A stretch of DNA of 64,000 nt from Lingula anatina (lineage: Eukaryota; Animalia; Brachiopoda): positions 71,650,788 to 71,714,787 of the forward strand of contig CM120640.1 of NCBI GenBank assembly GCA_051362555.1, given 5' to 3'. Below are positions 14,301 to 28,440 of the stretch, in pieces. The position numbers and the translations under genes are program-made. The notes beneath the pieces were generated by a model. That model worked only from the letters and a program-made list of their open reading frames with translations. It made no database searches and had not been told where the DNA came from. Each line of letters opens with the position of its first letter. The first letter of the stretch is position 1.

Positions 14301-17300
14301 GGGTCACTGTGGTCTAAGCCACAGGTAAGTCATGATGTGTCTGGGCTGGCCAGTGGTGTGATCCCAGTGTAATAGGGGCTGTCACTGTGGTCTAAGCCAC
14401 AGGTAAGTCAAGCCCAGGCAAGTTCTATGTAACTACAGCTCCTGTTACTCCAACACAAGCAAAGCTTATTTACACAACTGCAGCTACAGTACACCACCAT
14501 TACCTAACAATGAACTTAACCCCTTGGCTGGCTTACAATGACATTTTCTACTTGTTCACCCTTTTAATTTTCTTTGAAAAAAATGTCATTGCAATACTTT
14601 TCAAACTTAGTCATTTTTACCATATTTAAAAACTTGATTCCTTTAAATATTTCCGTACAGTCGACCCCTATATAATTGAGAGGAGCATGTATAAGTGTAT
14701 GCCACCAAAAGAAAAAAAAAACAAAAATATGGTTTTTACAGTAAATAAAGTCATACGGTCACTCTCTTAACTGATATTTTTATGGGCCACACTAAATTTA
14801 TCAATCATTTTAACAAAAACATTTAACACTTATAACCAGCCAACTAAAAACTGAACAAACTTCAGTAAAAACTCTTAATTTTAATAAAAAGTGTACCTTT
14901 TCCTTGCTGTCAGCTCTATGTTTACTAGTAGTATAATTACTGTCCACTGATTTTCATTTGTTGATTATGTTTTGAGGATTTGTTCTTAATATAGCCTGTG
15001 TTTACTGGACCAGAAGATGGGACAGTGGGTCAGGGTGACCCAGTACCTTTCTGTTGACCTGGTTTTTAACTCATTAAAAGAACAGCCTACCTGAGGATGG
15101 GCACTATACAGAGAATTAACACTGAACTAGACAACCACATTAAGGGATACAGAAAACTTGAAAAAAGAAGACATTTTTATTAGCACCTCATTTATTTATT
15201 TGTGCTTAAAAATTATTTTCTGATTCTCCCACTACAAATTCTGCCAGTTTCAGTAATGGTCACCTATCTGCCCACACCGCTCGGCACCTTGACCCACATG
15301 GACAGGTATCCTACATAAAAAGTTGCATAAGGAACAGCTAGTGCACATCTATTCTGAGCACAATATTCACTTCTCTGTAGTAATATAACTGCAAAGGGTG
15401 CATAGCAATTACCAGTCAGTCATCCAAAACCACACAACTTGACTATAAACACCAAAATGTCCATAAAAAACAACAGTAGGTATAACCTAGGAAGGTGTAT
15501 CACCACTGAGGCAGGATCAGCATTGAAACTATGTGTATTATGAACAACTGCAGTGTGCTTAGGTCATTGTTGTCCCCGTGAGGTTATCCCAGGTAATGAT
15601 CTCAGAAAACAGTTATATCCCAATCACACAGTAGCCAGGGCTTTATATCTCAGATAATGTATTTATCAGGCCTCATTAGTTCTGCACCAATCACAACTGT
15701 CATTTATGTCCAGATATATACATATGGAAATGTAACAAGGAAATATAACTTGCATATGAGTGAATTCCTAATCACTTTAATAGGTGCCAAGCTTTATGTA
15801 GATATCCAGGCACTGCAGGTAAAAATAGTGTTGGCACACATTGTTACAGAGAAATTGCATTGTTCCACCACGTACCAATATAGAGTCTTACCATAGCTGC
15901 AGCAGCAGGCACGTCTATATACCTTGTTTATATATGTGTATTGATATAAAACAATCAACTCAAACACAAAATGATCAAATTTACAAGAATTTCAACTGCT
16001 CTGGTATTAAAGCCAGGACATACAGCTTTAACAACTTTGGTATATTACAACTATGGAAACATTCACTCCCCCCCCCCCCCCCCCAATCTAATATCTGATT
16101 TTTGTCTTTATTCCTAGGAAATGTTTTACTTGGAATGTGGCACAGAGCCAGACCAGCTTTCTGGAACTTTACCAAGAATGCACACAATTCCCTAGAATAT
16201 GTTAAACAGATCATAGTTAGTGAAGGAAATCTACTGCAATATTGTTGAATATAGCACTACAGGCACACGTCCCTGGGGTTTATCTTTACACAGAAAAACC
16301 AATAACACAATGTTTAAGATTGTGGTTTTAAATATAACATGAGGCAGGAGGCTCACTTAAAAGCAATGAAAGAAGATCAGAATGTGGACAGGAATTTCTA
16401 TCTCCAAAATAATTTGTCCCCTCCTTCTCCACCTCTCCCAATACCAGGTGCTATGTACAGAACCCTTGCCTGGTGTTTGCACTGGCCAGGAAGAGAGATA
16501 ACAGCTAGCCTGGTCTGCAGGCAGAGGTATATCCAGCTTTTTCTGTGTTATTTATCAGGGAGATTTCCCTTTTATTTCAGTGCATTTTCCTCAGCCAGCC
16601 TTCACATAAAATACTTCTCTCAGCAGGAAAGGATTGTTGCACTCGATATTTCTTCTCAATATGCAGGCTCACAGATAGTCAAAGGTTAATAAGATTAGAT
16701 ACAGGGGACACTATGTGGTCCTTTACAGACAGCCATGGCAGGCTAAGGGATAAATACAGCCCTCTACCTCTCTCTACAAATCAGGGTTTTTTCCACTCAC
16801 TCAAGCCACCAAGTGCAGCTGCCTGTGTGTGTGAAGCATCTCAAGTGTAAAGAGAACCCAGTTATCCAATTTGTGAATTACCAATCCCTCCTGTCACTTA
16901 CTTCAATAGGATTCAGGAAACCTTTCCTCAGAAGAGATTCTTTTTACCAGAAATTTATCCACTAGGTGGCAGACTATCTCTATGCCAATTGGTATTCTTC
17001 TATCATGATAAAATCACATTAGTAGAGACAAAAAATGTGAACTTTAAATTTCTTTTGAAGTCTTACAAAAGTGATAGATTATCTGCAAAAAAATCCATGA
17101 TGACATATATTGAGCTTTTTTTAACTTGCTGTGAAGAACTTCAGTAATTCAACCTTGTTATTATTAGGACCTTAGTTAATTGTCCCAAATCATATCACAG
17201 GGAGCACAGACTTCAGCTCTGTCTTCACAGACTTCATACAGTAAAATGGCAAAAAAATGCACATAAATAAAAAACTAAGTATTTCTATTAGTGCAACTTT

Positions 17301-20300
17301 AGGGGATCCTTAACTCACTTTTAAGAAAAAAAATTTTTTCCCAATTCCCACAGTGCCACTGGTCACTTTGGATCCAAAATAACCCCAGTTAATATCTATG
17401 GGGCACCTTTATTGCAAAGAAATAAAGTGATGAAAAATGTTTGTCGAGTACCATTCATAAATGAGTCGGGCAAAGAAAGAACTGTAATATTCTTAGAGAT
17501 AACTGTCCTGTGGCTATGTAATGGTATTGTGATGGTTATCTTGTGCTGTCCACTCAATGTCCATCCTGTGGTACACGCAATCTGGCCATATATATCACTC
17601 TGTACAGGTGTCCCTGGACACAGTAGACTGACCACAGGGAAACCCTGGGGACACAGTTCACTGAGCAAGGGGTGGACACCTCCAGCCACCACAGGGACAC
17701 ACTTAATTGTTTAATCTGACACTGACCACATGGCAGGCTGTTACCTTGTTAAGCTGGCCCCAAGGTGGCTGCAGCATCAGATAATATACCTGAAGACTGC
17801 CCCCTATTTCCTGGACTTCCTCTCTTACCTGCCATTACTACTGCATATTAACACAGACAACCCGCTGACTGGCACAACATACTGAACTCTGCAGACTGAG
17901 ACTAAACTGCCAACACTGTGACTTGATGACTGCTTGATGACAGGCATTAAATAGTTTTTACAATCAGGTTAACAGTTTCCTAGCTATATACACTAGAAAA
18001 TTAAAATACTAGTAGGGAACTCTTTGAGTGGCCCTGAAGTGGTGAGGAAATTCACCCTATAACCAAGGAGACTCACCCTATCACTATAAGCAGAGGTCCA
18101 GCCCCATGAAGTTCCAGCCAAAGTTGGCACACACAAGGTGACGTACAGTGACAGTACCCAAGGACTGTCCTCTATCCACCCAATACTTACTACCATGACT
18201 ACCAATGGTATAGTGCCATGTAAACTCAAGTCCAAAACACCCAGTTTTTATCAGACCAACCTTGATTTATTGAACTTAAGATAAGTGAACACACATATAT
18301 ACATAGACATATGCATGCTGCTGATATGACAGCATATCTGTTGGTTATACAATAACTTCTATATGAGACTGTAATAAGTTACCAAACTAAAAATAAAAAG
18401 GCCATCATAACATGTCCCATTACAGCTGATGTCAACATTTTTCACCTTTCACAGCACCTTCAGTTCTTTCAATCTTATACTGACCAACTGATCCTGTCTA
18501 GCTAACCATGAACCCTCCCCAAACACCAAACACAGAAAGGGATAAAATATATATCCAAACTAAGAACTTTTTGGTTTTTTTTAGAGCTCCTGTTCTGAAC
18601 TCATACCAAACGTAGGCATAACTGGTCCAGAACTGACAGCTGTGCAGATGCCATTATAAATATCCCAAGCACAATTTGGACAGGAGATTCATCTGAGAGG
18701 GCAAAAGTGCCTTGGTCACACTATTTCTTCCTGACCCATCTTCCCTTGGTCACATGGATCCCCCCCCCCCTCTCCACGGCAGCCAACTCCACCTATGACA
18801 GTAATGGAGGGTTTGAGTGTTCCAGTGAACCACACCTTAACAGGAGGGAGATGTTAACTGCAGATATCTAACCCTCTGTCCCCAACACCTCATTAGTATG
18901 GAAAACAACACACCTGATCTGATCTGGAGACAGATACATAGCTCTATCCCCATAGAACCCTGTGAGTTGAGAGGCCTGCCAAAAGATACACACTGAGATA
19001 GCATGGTGAACTGAACTTCTGACTTTTTACCACTCAATATATATACATATTTATCTGGGCAGTCCGTAGTGTTCTGTGGATGTAAATATATACAGTCCAG
19101 AATTCCTTTCAAAACACAGGTGCCTTTCTCCACGACCCCCTACCTTTCTTCCTGATACAAAGGGAGTGTTTAGGTTTTATTAGAATTTGCTGCAGAAAAT
19201 GTCAATGACCTCTCCCCAGATATATTAAAATAATCTGATGCAAGTGTCACAAGCAGTCCATTTCTACTGTATAATACATATATGAATATTTTCAAACCAA
19301 GTATTTCATAATAAAAATAAAAATGTAAAATCAAAGGGGCATATATGTTATGATGGGGTAGGGTCGGGAGGTGGGTTATTATAGAAGAGGATTATAATGT
19401 TTGATGTCCATGAATCAACGCAGCTATATTGTTGAACTAAAGCTGACATGTTAAGTACAAGAAATCTATGTTGTAACAGTTGGAAATTCAAATAGCTTTG
19501 AATCCAACTTGACATTAAGTCTATATGTATTTGGCTATCATGATGCAAGGATAGGAATAGTACCCTAACTCTAGTCCACTGGTCAAATGCTACACCTGAA
19601 GTGTCAAAGGAAGTTTTTACCTGTGAGTGGTCTACCTGTGTCTTTGTCTTCTGGTTGTTATTTAGCTTCAACTTGGGCTCAGGGACCCACATACAGTCTT
19701 TGCCACAAACCATGCACATCACCCCTCAGTCTCAGATCATCAATCTTGGCTGGTAACAAAACAAGACTGAGCTAGTAGAAGGCATTAGATGATGAGAAGC
19801 TGTCAAAAGGCCTCCTCTTAATACTTGCTATTATTACCATCAGCAAGGGTCAGAGGATATTAAAGTGAGAATCAGCTGTTTAACTCAAAGCCGACATTTT
19901 AGCCAATCACAGCCCAGCATTGTGGTTACCAATTCTGTGGTCTATAAATAGCTCAGCACCTCTTCACCAATGAGAGCACTGCAGCTTTAAGCACTGCATA
20001 GAACAATAGCCCAAGACAACAGGGAGAGAAGGAGGGAGAACAGTAGAACAATGGAACAGAGTCATTAATTAGTTTAATTGTTACTTCCTCCTCATTATCT
20101 CAGGTGGACAGCATGTCTAGACCATCTGACCATTAGCTGTGTCCAGCTGCCTGCCCTAGCAACCATCACCAAGGCAGCTGATTACCTGCGCTGTCATTAC
20201 CTGGGGACTTCAAGCTTTTATGTAGCTTGTGGCTTTAAACCTTAACACCAAATTTAAATGAGTAACTCTCTCTTATCAACATGTAGGGTCGCAGGGCACC

Positions 20301-23300
20301 TGTCTGGGTGTATATATCAATCACTACTGATTATTTTCTGACGCTAAGCATTAAAATGGTATGACAGGGTATACTAAGATACCCAATGTACTTTTAGCTT
20401 ACACCTTCTTCATTATCTATGATTGATAAACAACAGTGACTACGATAATGTCTTGAAAACTCAATCATGATATTTGGAGGGTGTGTTCCTAATGGCAGGC
20501 TCTGATAGGCTGAAAAAAGAGGTGTGTGCCCTTCATTTGTCCTTGACATGCTGTACTTCTACACAGTAAGACCTCCTATTGCCCTTGTTACCATACATAC
20601 TTTATGTTTTAACTATGGAGCTAATGACCTCTCTTGACATTCTCTGGATACACAGCACACTTTTAAATTATTAATCCCATTCTTGTGGTCAGCATTTGGA
20701 ATTCAGATAAAATAACAAGTGCCCTTCCCCTGCGTTAATGTTGTCCAGTTTGTCAACAAGTTTTCTCTCATTGTGGAGTGTCCAGTTTGTAAACAACAAC
20801 CAAAACACCTAAATTTTCTTTACCTTGACCCAGTCCATGTATAGATTGCCACTTCATGAAACGATGTCATCACCATAACTGCCATGGGACATAAATAAAT
20901 ACATACACTTGAATGAGGGTAAATGGCAATTTTTATTTATTTTTTTTAATCGATTTTTATTGTTTTTTGATCGATTTTTATTTATTGATTTATTCTTTTT
21001 ATTTTATCATTTTTTTCTATTTACCCATATTTCAAGTGTATGAGAATACATACATATATATATATATATACAGATGTCAGTTTGAAGGAAAAAACCTGAA
21101 ACATTTTCTACTGCACACTGCTGTCAAATAAGTCGTTGCTGTGAAAACATTTAGAATTTCATTGTGTTACCAGAGGGTGCACTCCAGTTAAACCCCAACA
21201 AATGATCTGTATAGCCACTTTGATCTATGGAGTGCACCAAGGTAAAACTATTAACACTAATTTCAACTGATCAGGCCAAGTCTTTGACCAGCACCCCCAG
21301 TTAACCCCAACCAGCACAATCAACACATTCATTCACTATACAAATGTCAACACCACTGTTCTCCTAGGCCTGCCACTGTTCCATAGAGGTCCAGGTAAAC
21401 AGCATTGTTAACAGTATTGTCACCAGGCATGCAGCTGGGGCCAGCCTTAACTCTAGACTCTGCCCAGAGAGGGCAGCACCATCAACTTGGGTGCTATAAG
21501 TACACAGTAATGGTGTAACAGTCTCCAGGGACGCACTGTAAGGGACCTATCAAAACCACTGGTATACACATACATATTGAGGTTCTTATCAAAGAGAGAC
21601 ATACAAATGGAGCCCCTTCCTTTCAATACCAATATTAGACTTTCCACTAACAACCAACAGCTTACACAGCCTCTGCTGGTCCTGCCTTTGTTCCTTTCAA
21701 AACTACACATTTTTAACTGGTTTGTTCAGCTACCGTCATGTAAGTTAACATCTTAATGCAGCCAGAATCACTGAGCTGAGGTGCTTATTCAAAGAACACA
21801 ACAAGAGAGATGGATTGGAAACTTTCTAATGCTGAATAAATTATCACTGTTGACAGCTATACTCTTTGTGCATTCTAGAACACACGTGTGCACACCCACA
21901 CACACACACACACACAAACACTCACAAATTTTGACACACACACACATAAGCAGAAACAAACAAACACACACACACACACTTAAGTGCTTTCCACAATCAA
22001 TGCATAATTCATGCATAAGAATACAGACTGAAGAAATATGGAGTGGATTATTACCAGTAAAATTCCACAACGATTTCTGATGACTCAGCACAATATTCTC
22101 TCTTGCATGTTGTGACAGTAATTAACATTTTTCCAACCAATGTTGGAAACGTTAATTCTCTGTTCAATTTACCTTTATTTGGCCAATTTAATCATCTACT
22201 ATTCCATAACCTGGATTGATCGAAGTTCTCTCAATACTGGTGTCTAATTAATCAAACCTGTCCACAGATCTACCAGACTCACATAGGATACATTGGTTTA
22301 CAATTTACCTTGAACCTTTCTGTAGTGAACAAGCATAGTAATAATAACCAAGTAATAATTTCTACCATGTTAATGCACATAAAAATGGAATAAAACAGAT
22401 AAAGAGGCAATTCTCACATTTGCCCCCCCCCTTCCATCCCCATGTAAACATAGCGTAATCTTGTAATTAAGGGATAAGCACACAGACAGACAAACATGAA
22501 GTGTGAGTGTGTATGGGGGGGGGGGGGGGGGGGAAACAACCAATGTCATTTTTTTTTTTTTTTTTTTTTTTTGTGGGTAAAATGGGGCACTAGTATAATT
22601 CATGTCATGGTTTCCAAAGTAGAATCATTCTGAGAAGTTGTACAATCAGTACATAGATTAATGAGGGTGAGGAAGTGGTACTTGACTTTCAATCAATGTA
22701 TATCATATCATCAGATAAGACAAAATGTACAATTTTTATCCTATGAAACTGAATGCATGGAAAAGAGGTAGAATACTTACCTCATTTTCAGGAATGAAGC
22801 GACTTGGACCTCTTCCAACTCTACGTGGAATTTTCAATCCTCTTTCCTGAAATGAAATATTGAAAATTCAGCAAACTGTTCTCCTGACAAAGGGCAGAAC
22901 TTGTATAAATTGTCTACTCTTTCAGTCAAACAATGAAAACTGGATATTTATTTGACAAAAATCATTTTCCCAGAAATGTCAACCTTCCCTTAATCACCCA
23001 AACCAATGGCAAAATTGTGATCTACAAATAGTTCATAATTTCTCATTTTTAAGTAACTCTTGAAAGATTATTAGTAAAAGGTGAATTTTCTTCATGACAG
23101 TTAAAGTTTGAAATTTGAACTTCCAAAATGAAATTTTTAATTATATTTTTCAATAGCTCTGAATTATACATTGGTAATAAAAGGAAAATTGCTATTGCAA
23201 TTTGTCCAAAAAATATTTGATAAGATGTTTAAAAATACAACAGTATCATTCTCAGAAGCAAAGAATGTATTTGCCAGCTGCTCCACCTTGGCTCTGGACT

Positions 23301-26300
23301 GGAAAACCTATAACTTAAGTTCCACATCATTTCAAACAGCTGTTCAGAAACCTTGGGACACCAGTGAAGAAACCTATCTCTGCCACTAATTAAATATAAT
23401 ATTGGGAAACTGTTGGCTACCTTTATAGACAGTTGTATTTTTGACACATTTTCTACATAATTTCCCGTTAAAATATGTGTACTTAAATTATATCTAGCTG
23501 ATTTCTGTCTAGTCTAAGCATTATGTAACCCATGTGTAAATATTGCATTATTGTAGATATGTTTTTGTCCTTACCCAGTCGGTGAATAGCTGTAAAGCTA
23601 ATGTTTCCTTTCAATTTATACCCGACATGAAATAAAATTTATTGTATTGTATTGTATTATTGTATACCCAGGGTGGAAATGTGTAGACAATGAAAGGCAT
23701 TTACACGACTTACATAAAGTTTTACTGCTCTTGTTATAACCTATCAAACTTATAGTTAGAGCGAGTCCATTCTAAAAGTTAAGTCTTATGTGAGTCCACT
23801 TAAAAATATATCATTTTTGACTTGATCTGTTAAATTTTAATTAAATTTAGCAATCATTGTCTCGGACTAAAATGATTTAATAATGTGTCATCTCAAATCA
23901 TATTATCACAAAAACAAGTGAATTTTGTTTTTGAAATTCAGATAAGCAGAAAAAAACTGGTAAGAAGAAAAAAAGCCTATACAGTTAACAATGTGCAATT
24001 TAGGGCTGCGTTCACATGAAAAATCTATTTTCTAAAAATCTAAAAATCTATTTGTGGTATCTTGTGATCACGGTCTGTGCCCTGAATTCCCCTCGCGGCG
24101 TAATTACTGGCAGCACTGAGAATTAATTACAGCTTTGGAAGTAACTGGCTCGCGCTGCCCGTAATTACGCCGTGGGGTATTCAGGGCACAGACCGTGATC
24201 GCAAGATACTGCAAATAGATTTTTAGATTTTTAGAAAATAGATTTTTCATGTGAACGCAGCCCAAGTATCCTGTTTGTATATCTTCTGTCCTTTTATGTT
24301 TCTGCACAGATATCAGTCTTAACTGCACTTAACTAGTACAATACAAAATAAATTAAATGGACACCCATCTTCAATAATATGACTAATATCAGAAATCTTG
24401 AGACACACACACACAGAAGAAAAAGAGGGAAAAAAATCATCTAAATGTCAATCAAAATTCACAGTGATTCAACATAATATATTTCCTCAAAATCTATAAG
24501 GTCAATACCTTTAAACTTCAGTTTCAGAACAAAAAAGCATTAGAAATACAAAAGAATAAGTTTTGCAATGAGCAATGCAGTACCTTCATGTTCTGTCTCA
24601 TGATTGCCAGATATGGTGTCTACAAAATACACATTTACTTAAAAACATTTTATGACCTTAAGTCCAATTAAGTAAACATGAAAATGAACAATAAAAAATC
24701 CAGTTTGGGGTCTTTTTACATTGTCATCTGTGACAGCATTAAAACCCCCAGTATTGATTCTTTTTCACAAACAAACAAAAGGAAACTTATCACTTAGAAA
24801 AATTTCTACATACCAAAACGAAAAGGGAATGCCCCTGGGAAATATTCTAAAATTCACCAGTGTACTCAGTGATGTAAAAACTCCCCCAACATCTTATTCT
24901 TAATAAACCAAATATCTGATAGTGTATAACCAAGATAAAACATGTCATTCAAAGTTCCAGTTATAGAAGGATTCAAAGCTGTCTTGATGATGAATCACCC
25001 TGTAAACAGTGCTGTTATGCCATGGTGTAAAAATATCCCCCTGCTTTGTAGTGGATTCCAGGGCAGGCTGAATTAAGGGGTACAAATACTCCCCCTGCCT
25101 TGTAATAGATTCAGGGTAAGCTGAATGGCAGTGCCTAAATTTGGAGGTTACATAAGTGATATTGATATGTCAGTAATGAGAGAAGCCGGGTAAACCCTTG
25201 GATCTACACAGAACAACTAGGGGACTTCTTTTCCAATCTTCAATGTATGGAATCTTGTCAATATTCTTTTCAAAAACAGCAGAGTGTTGATTTATCCCTA
25301 TTACTGTACATATCCCTGGGACATTTTAAATTATACCATTTTGACTTTTTATGTGAATACATTGCCTAACACTGTATTCAGATATAATGGAAAGGAAAGT
25401 AAGATAGGATACCAGATAAAAACACTTTCGGTTGCAAGGTCCTCTTTCTAAACTGGGCTGTAACTAGAAATAAACCCCTATTTATGACTCCTCCTCCTCC
25501 TGCCTGGTTGTGCATGGACCCCAGAGACTGCTCTCTTTACATAACTTCTACAGCAGTCACAGCAGGCAACACTCACCTTTAAACAAATGACCAGTGATCG
25601 TGGGTCAAGGAAAGGCCACTGGTCATTTCCTAACTGGCCTAAATGCCCATTAAAGGCAGCTCGTCCCATGGTCTGGGGTGTCTTTGAGCTGGGTGGATTA
25701 CAGCAACCACAATAATAATAATTTGCACACTGGCAGTATGTGACAGTATACTGTTAGGATACAATGACAGCAGTGCTTGCAATAAACAACATTAACTCTG
25801 GATTAAATACCTCTACCTTATACACAGGTGGTAATAATTAGGGCTTAATGATTTCCTTGCCTGTACCTAACCCCTCACCAGGGCACAGCGTTATTAATAC
25901 ACAGTGGAGGCAAGGACATGGTTATTTATATCAACTCTGATGAAGCTTTCTTTGAACATATACATTGTGTCTCACTCTCTATATCCATGATAACATGTAA
26001 ATAGATGTGAATGAGTGGAAAGGTATGGCAGACATCACCGGCTAATTAAGAGACCAGAACATGTAGGCTGATAAATCAATACTAAACATCTTCGACTATC
26101 ATTTTTAAATCAAGTACAAAATTCTTACACACCTTAAAAAAATTTAAAATAACTAAGTAAGTAAATACATTTTTTAAACACCTGTGTTGGTAACTGCCTG
26201 TCACACACCTAAATCAATCAGTTCATACCTTGGTCATACTCCCACTGTTGACATCCGGACCCCCTATGTATAAAACTATCATTTTCATACAATGAAGCTT

Positions 26301-28387
26301 CAACTGTGACTTTTACAAACAGGTATCTCAGTACTTTGGTTATTAGTTTCCTAGGCACTGGTTCTTCTTCTATTTCTTCTACAGGTTGTTCTTTGGGTGT
26401 ATATTTCTTTGGTATCTGGTAGAGTAGGGAACACTTCATCTTGGCAATGATTAGAAAGGACACAAATGTCCCGACAGATATGAGCTATAATAGTTACTGT
26501 GCCATTCTGTCTTCAAGTCATTTCTACTAATCAGAATGATAACTGTTACACAGACCAAGGTATTTTATTCACAGCTGGTATTGCATCAACCCTATAACTT
26601 AGCAGAGTGCCTAGCAACCCGGATATAATGGTGTCTAAATAAGGCAATAGGAAGCCTTCAGGGACATTGCATCAGCTGATCAGCCGGTAGCTGTGTGGTA
26701 GTGTACGTGGTCTCCTTCAGGTGCTCCCCCAGCACTCCTGCTATTGATTGTTCTTGCATTGTGTACAGGGCAACAGGGGTGGTATTCAAAGATCTAAAGT
26801 CTATAAGAATCCTTACTTACTCACCTTTCATTTATTATATGTGTGTTGATATATATACCTAGAAGTACACGTGGTAAACACATGGTATTACATAAACTAG
26901 AATAGACATCAGTGTACTCATATTTATGAGGCTATAATTCATAGCACCTCCAGTACATAGGAATTCAGCCTGTTCACCCCTATCCCCAACCTACTTTTTT
27001 CATGCAAATTTCACAGGCAAAGGTGAATGTTGTTATATAAGAGATGACAATTATGTTTAATTATTATAAAAGTGTAGCAACCATATTCACATGAAGTATA
27101 TGTGATGTGAATTCGAGTACATTTAGAGTTGAGATTATGTATACATTCTGCCCACAGGAATTCCATGCCAGAAATAAACCAAAGAATCCTGTGCTTTACC
27201 ACACAGGCCAGGTCTATCTCCTGTCACAGAGCTCCAGTTAAGATGGTTTAACCCCTCTCAATGTGAGCATCTCACTGTGATCCACTTTAACATAAACCAT
27301 CTCAGCATAACCCCCATTTTAGCATAACCCCCATTTCAGTACTTGACCCTTCTTAGTATGACCCATCTCAGAACATGCAACCTTTAGCTCAACAGTTACC
27401 TCAACATACAGATCCATTCAAAATAGCCCTTCACTACATTGTCTGTATTGAATTAATCATAATCAGTGGATCAACATCAGGATTAGATATACTATGGTGA
27501 GTTAACCATAGTCAGTGGGACAACAGCAAGATTAGATATACTATGGTGAGTTAACCATAGTCAGTGGGACAACAGCAAGATTAGGTATACTATGGTGAGT
27601 TAATCATAGTGGGACAACAGCAGGATTAGGTATACTATGGTGAGTTAATCATAGTGGGACAACAGCAGGATTAGGTATACTATGGTGAGTTAATCAATCA
27701 GTGGGACAACAGCAGGATTAGATATACGATGGTGAGTTAATCATAGTCAGTGGGACTACAGCAAGATTAGGTATACTATGGTGAGTTAACCATAGTCAGT
27801 GGAACAACAGCAGGATTAGGTATACTATGGTGAGTTAATCATAACCAGATGTCCACTATTGTCAAGACAGGTCCACTTGTTCTAAGCTAGCCTGACGAGA
27901 TGGGACAAACCATGATAACCTGACCTTTCTTGACTGGACATATGACAGTATATCTATATCAGAGATTACTTATCAAATTAAGAAGACCCCAAGACAATAT
28001 CTCAATCTTAACTAGCGGGACATCACTGCTATGGCAGACTGATAAAAACTAACCTTTGGATGTTTAGAAATTTGACAGGCTTTACTAACAATCAAAAGGT
28101 CATTTTTTCATGGTGATACTGATAGTATAAGGACTGTGTTCTTCTTCTTCTTTTTTTTTTTTTCAGTTTTGATTTTAATTTGTTTCAAGTTATGTGCTCT
28201 AATGTTAAAGCCTGCAATATGCAGACTGCCTGAACATGCCCAAACAGGTGGTGTCAACTGGTTGATTTCGACCTATTATCCAAGCAAAAAGATTTCTGTA
28301 CAGCCTGTTCTTACCACATGACTTGATACACTAATGAATTCAAGACTTGCCTAGGCAGCTGGGGATAACATAATCCACTTTACCCCA

Positions 28388-28440
<53 letters not shown>

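Noticed and set aside
28389-28438. Poly(A) tract as a retrocopy tail
   Set aside because: No upstream element body or TSD recognised.
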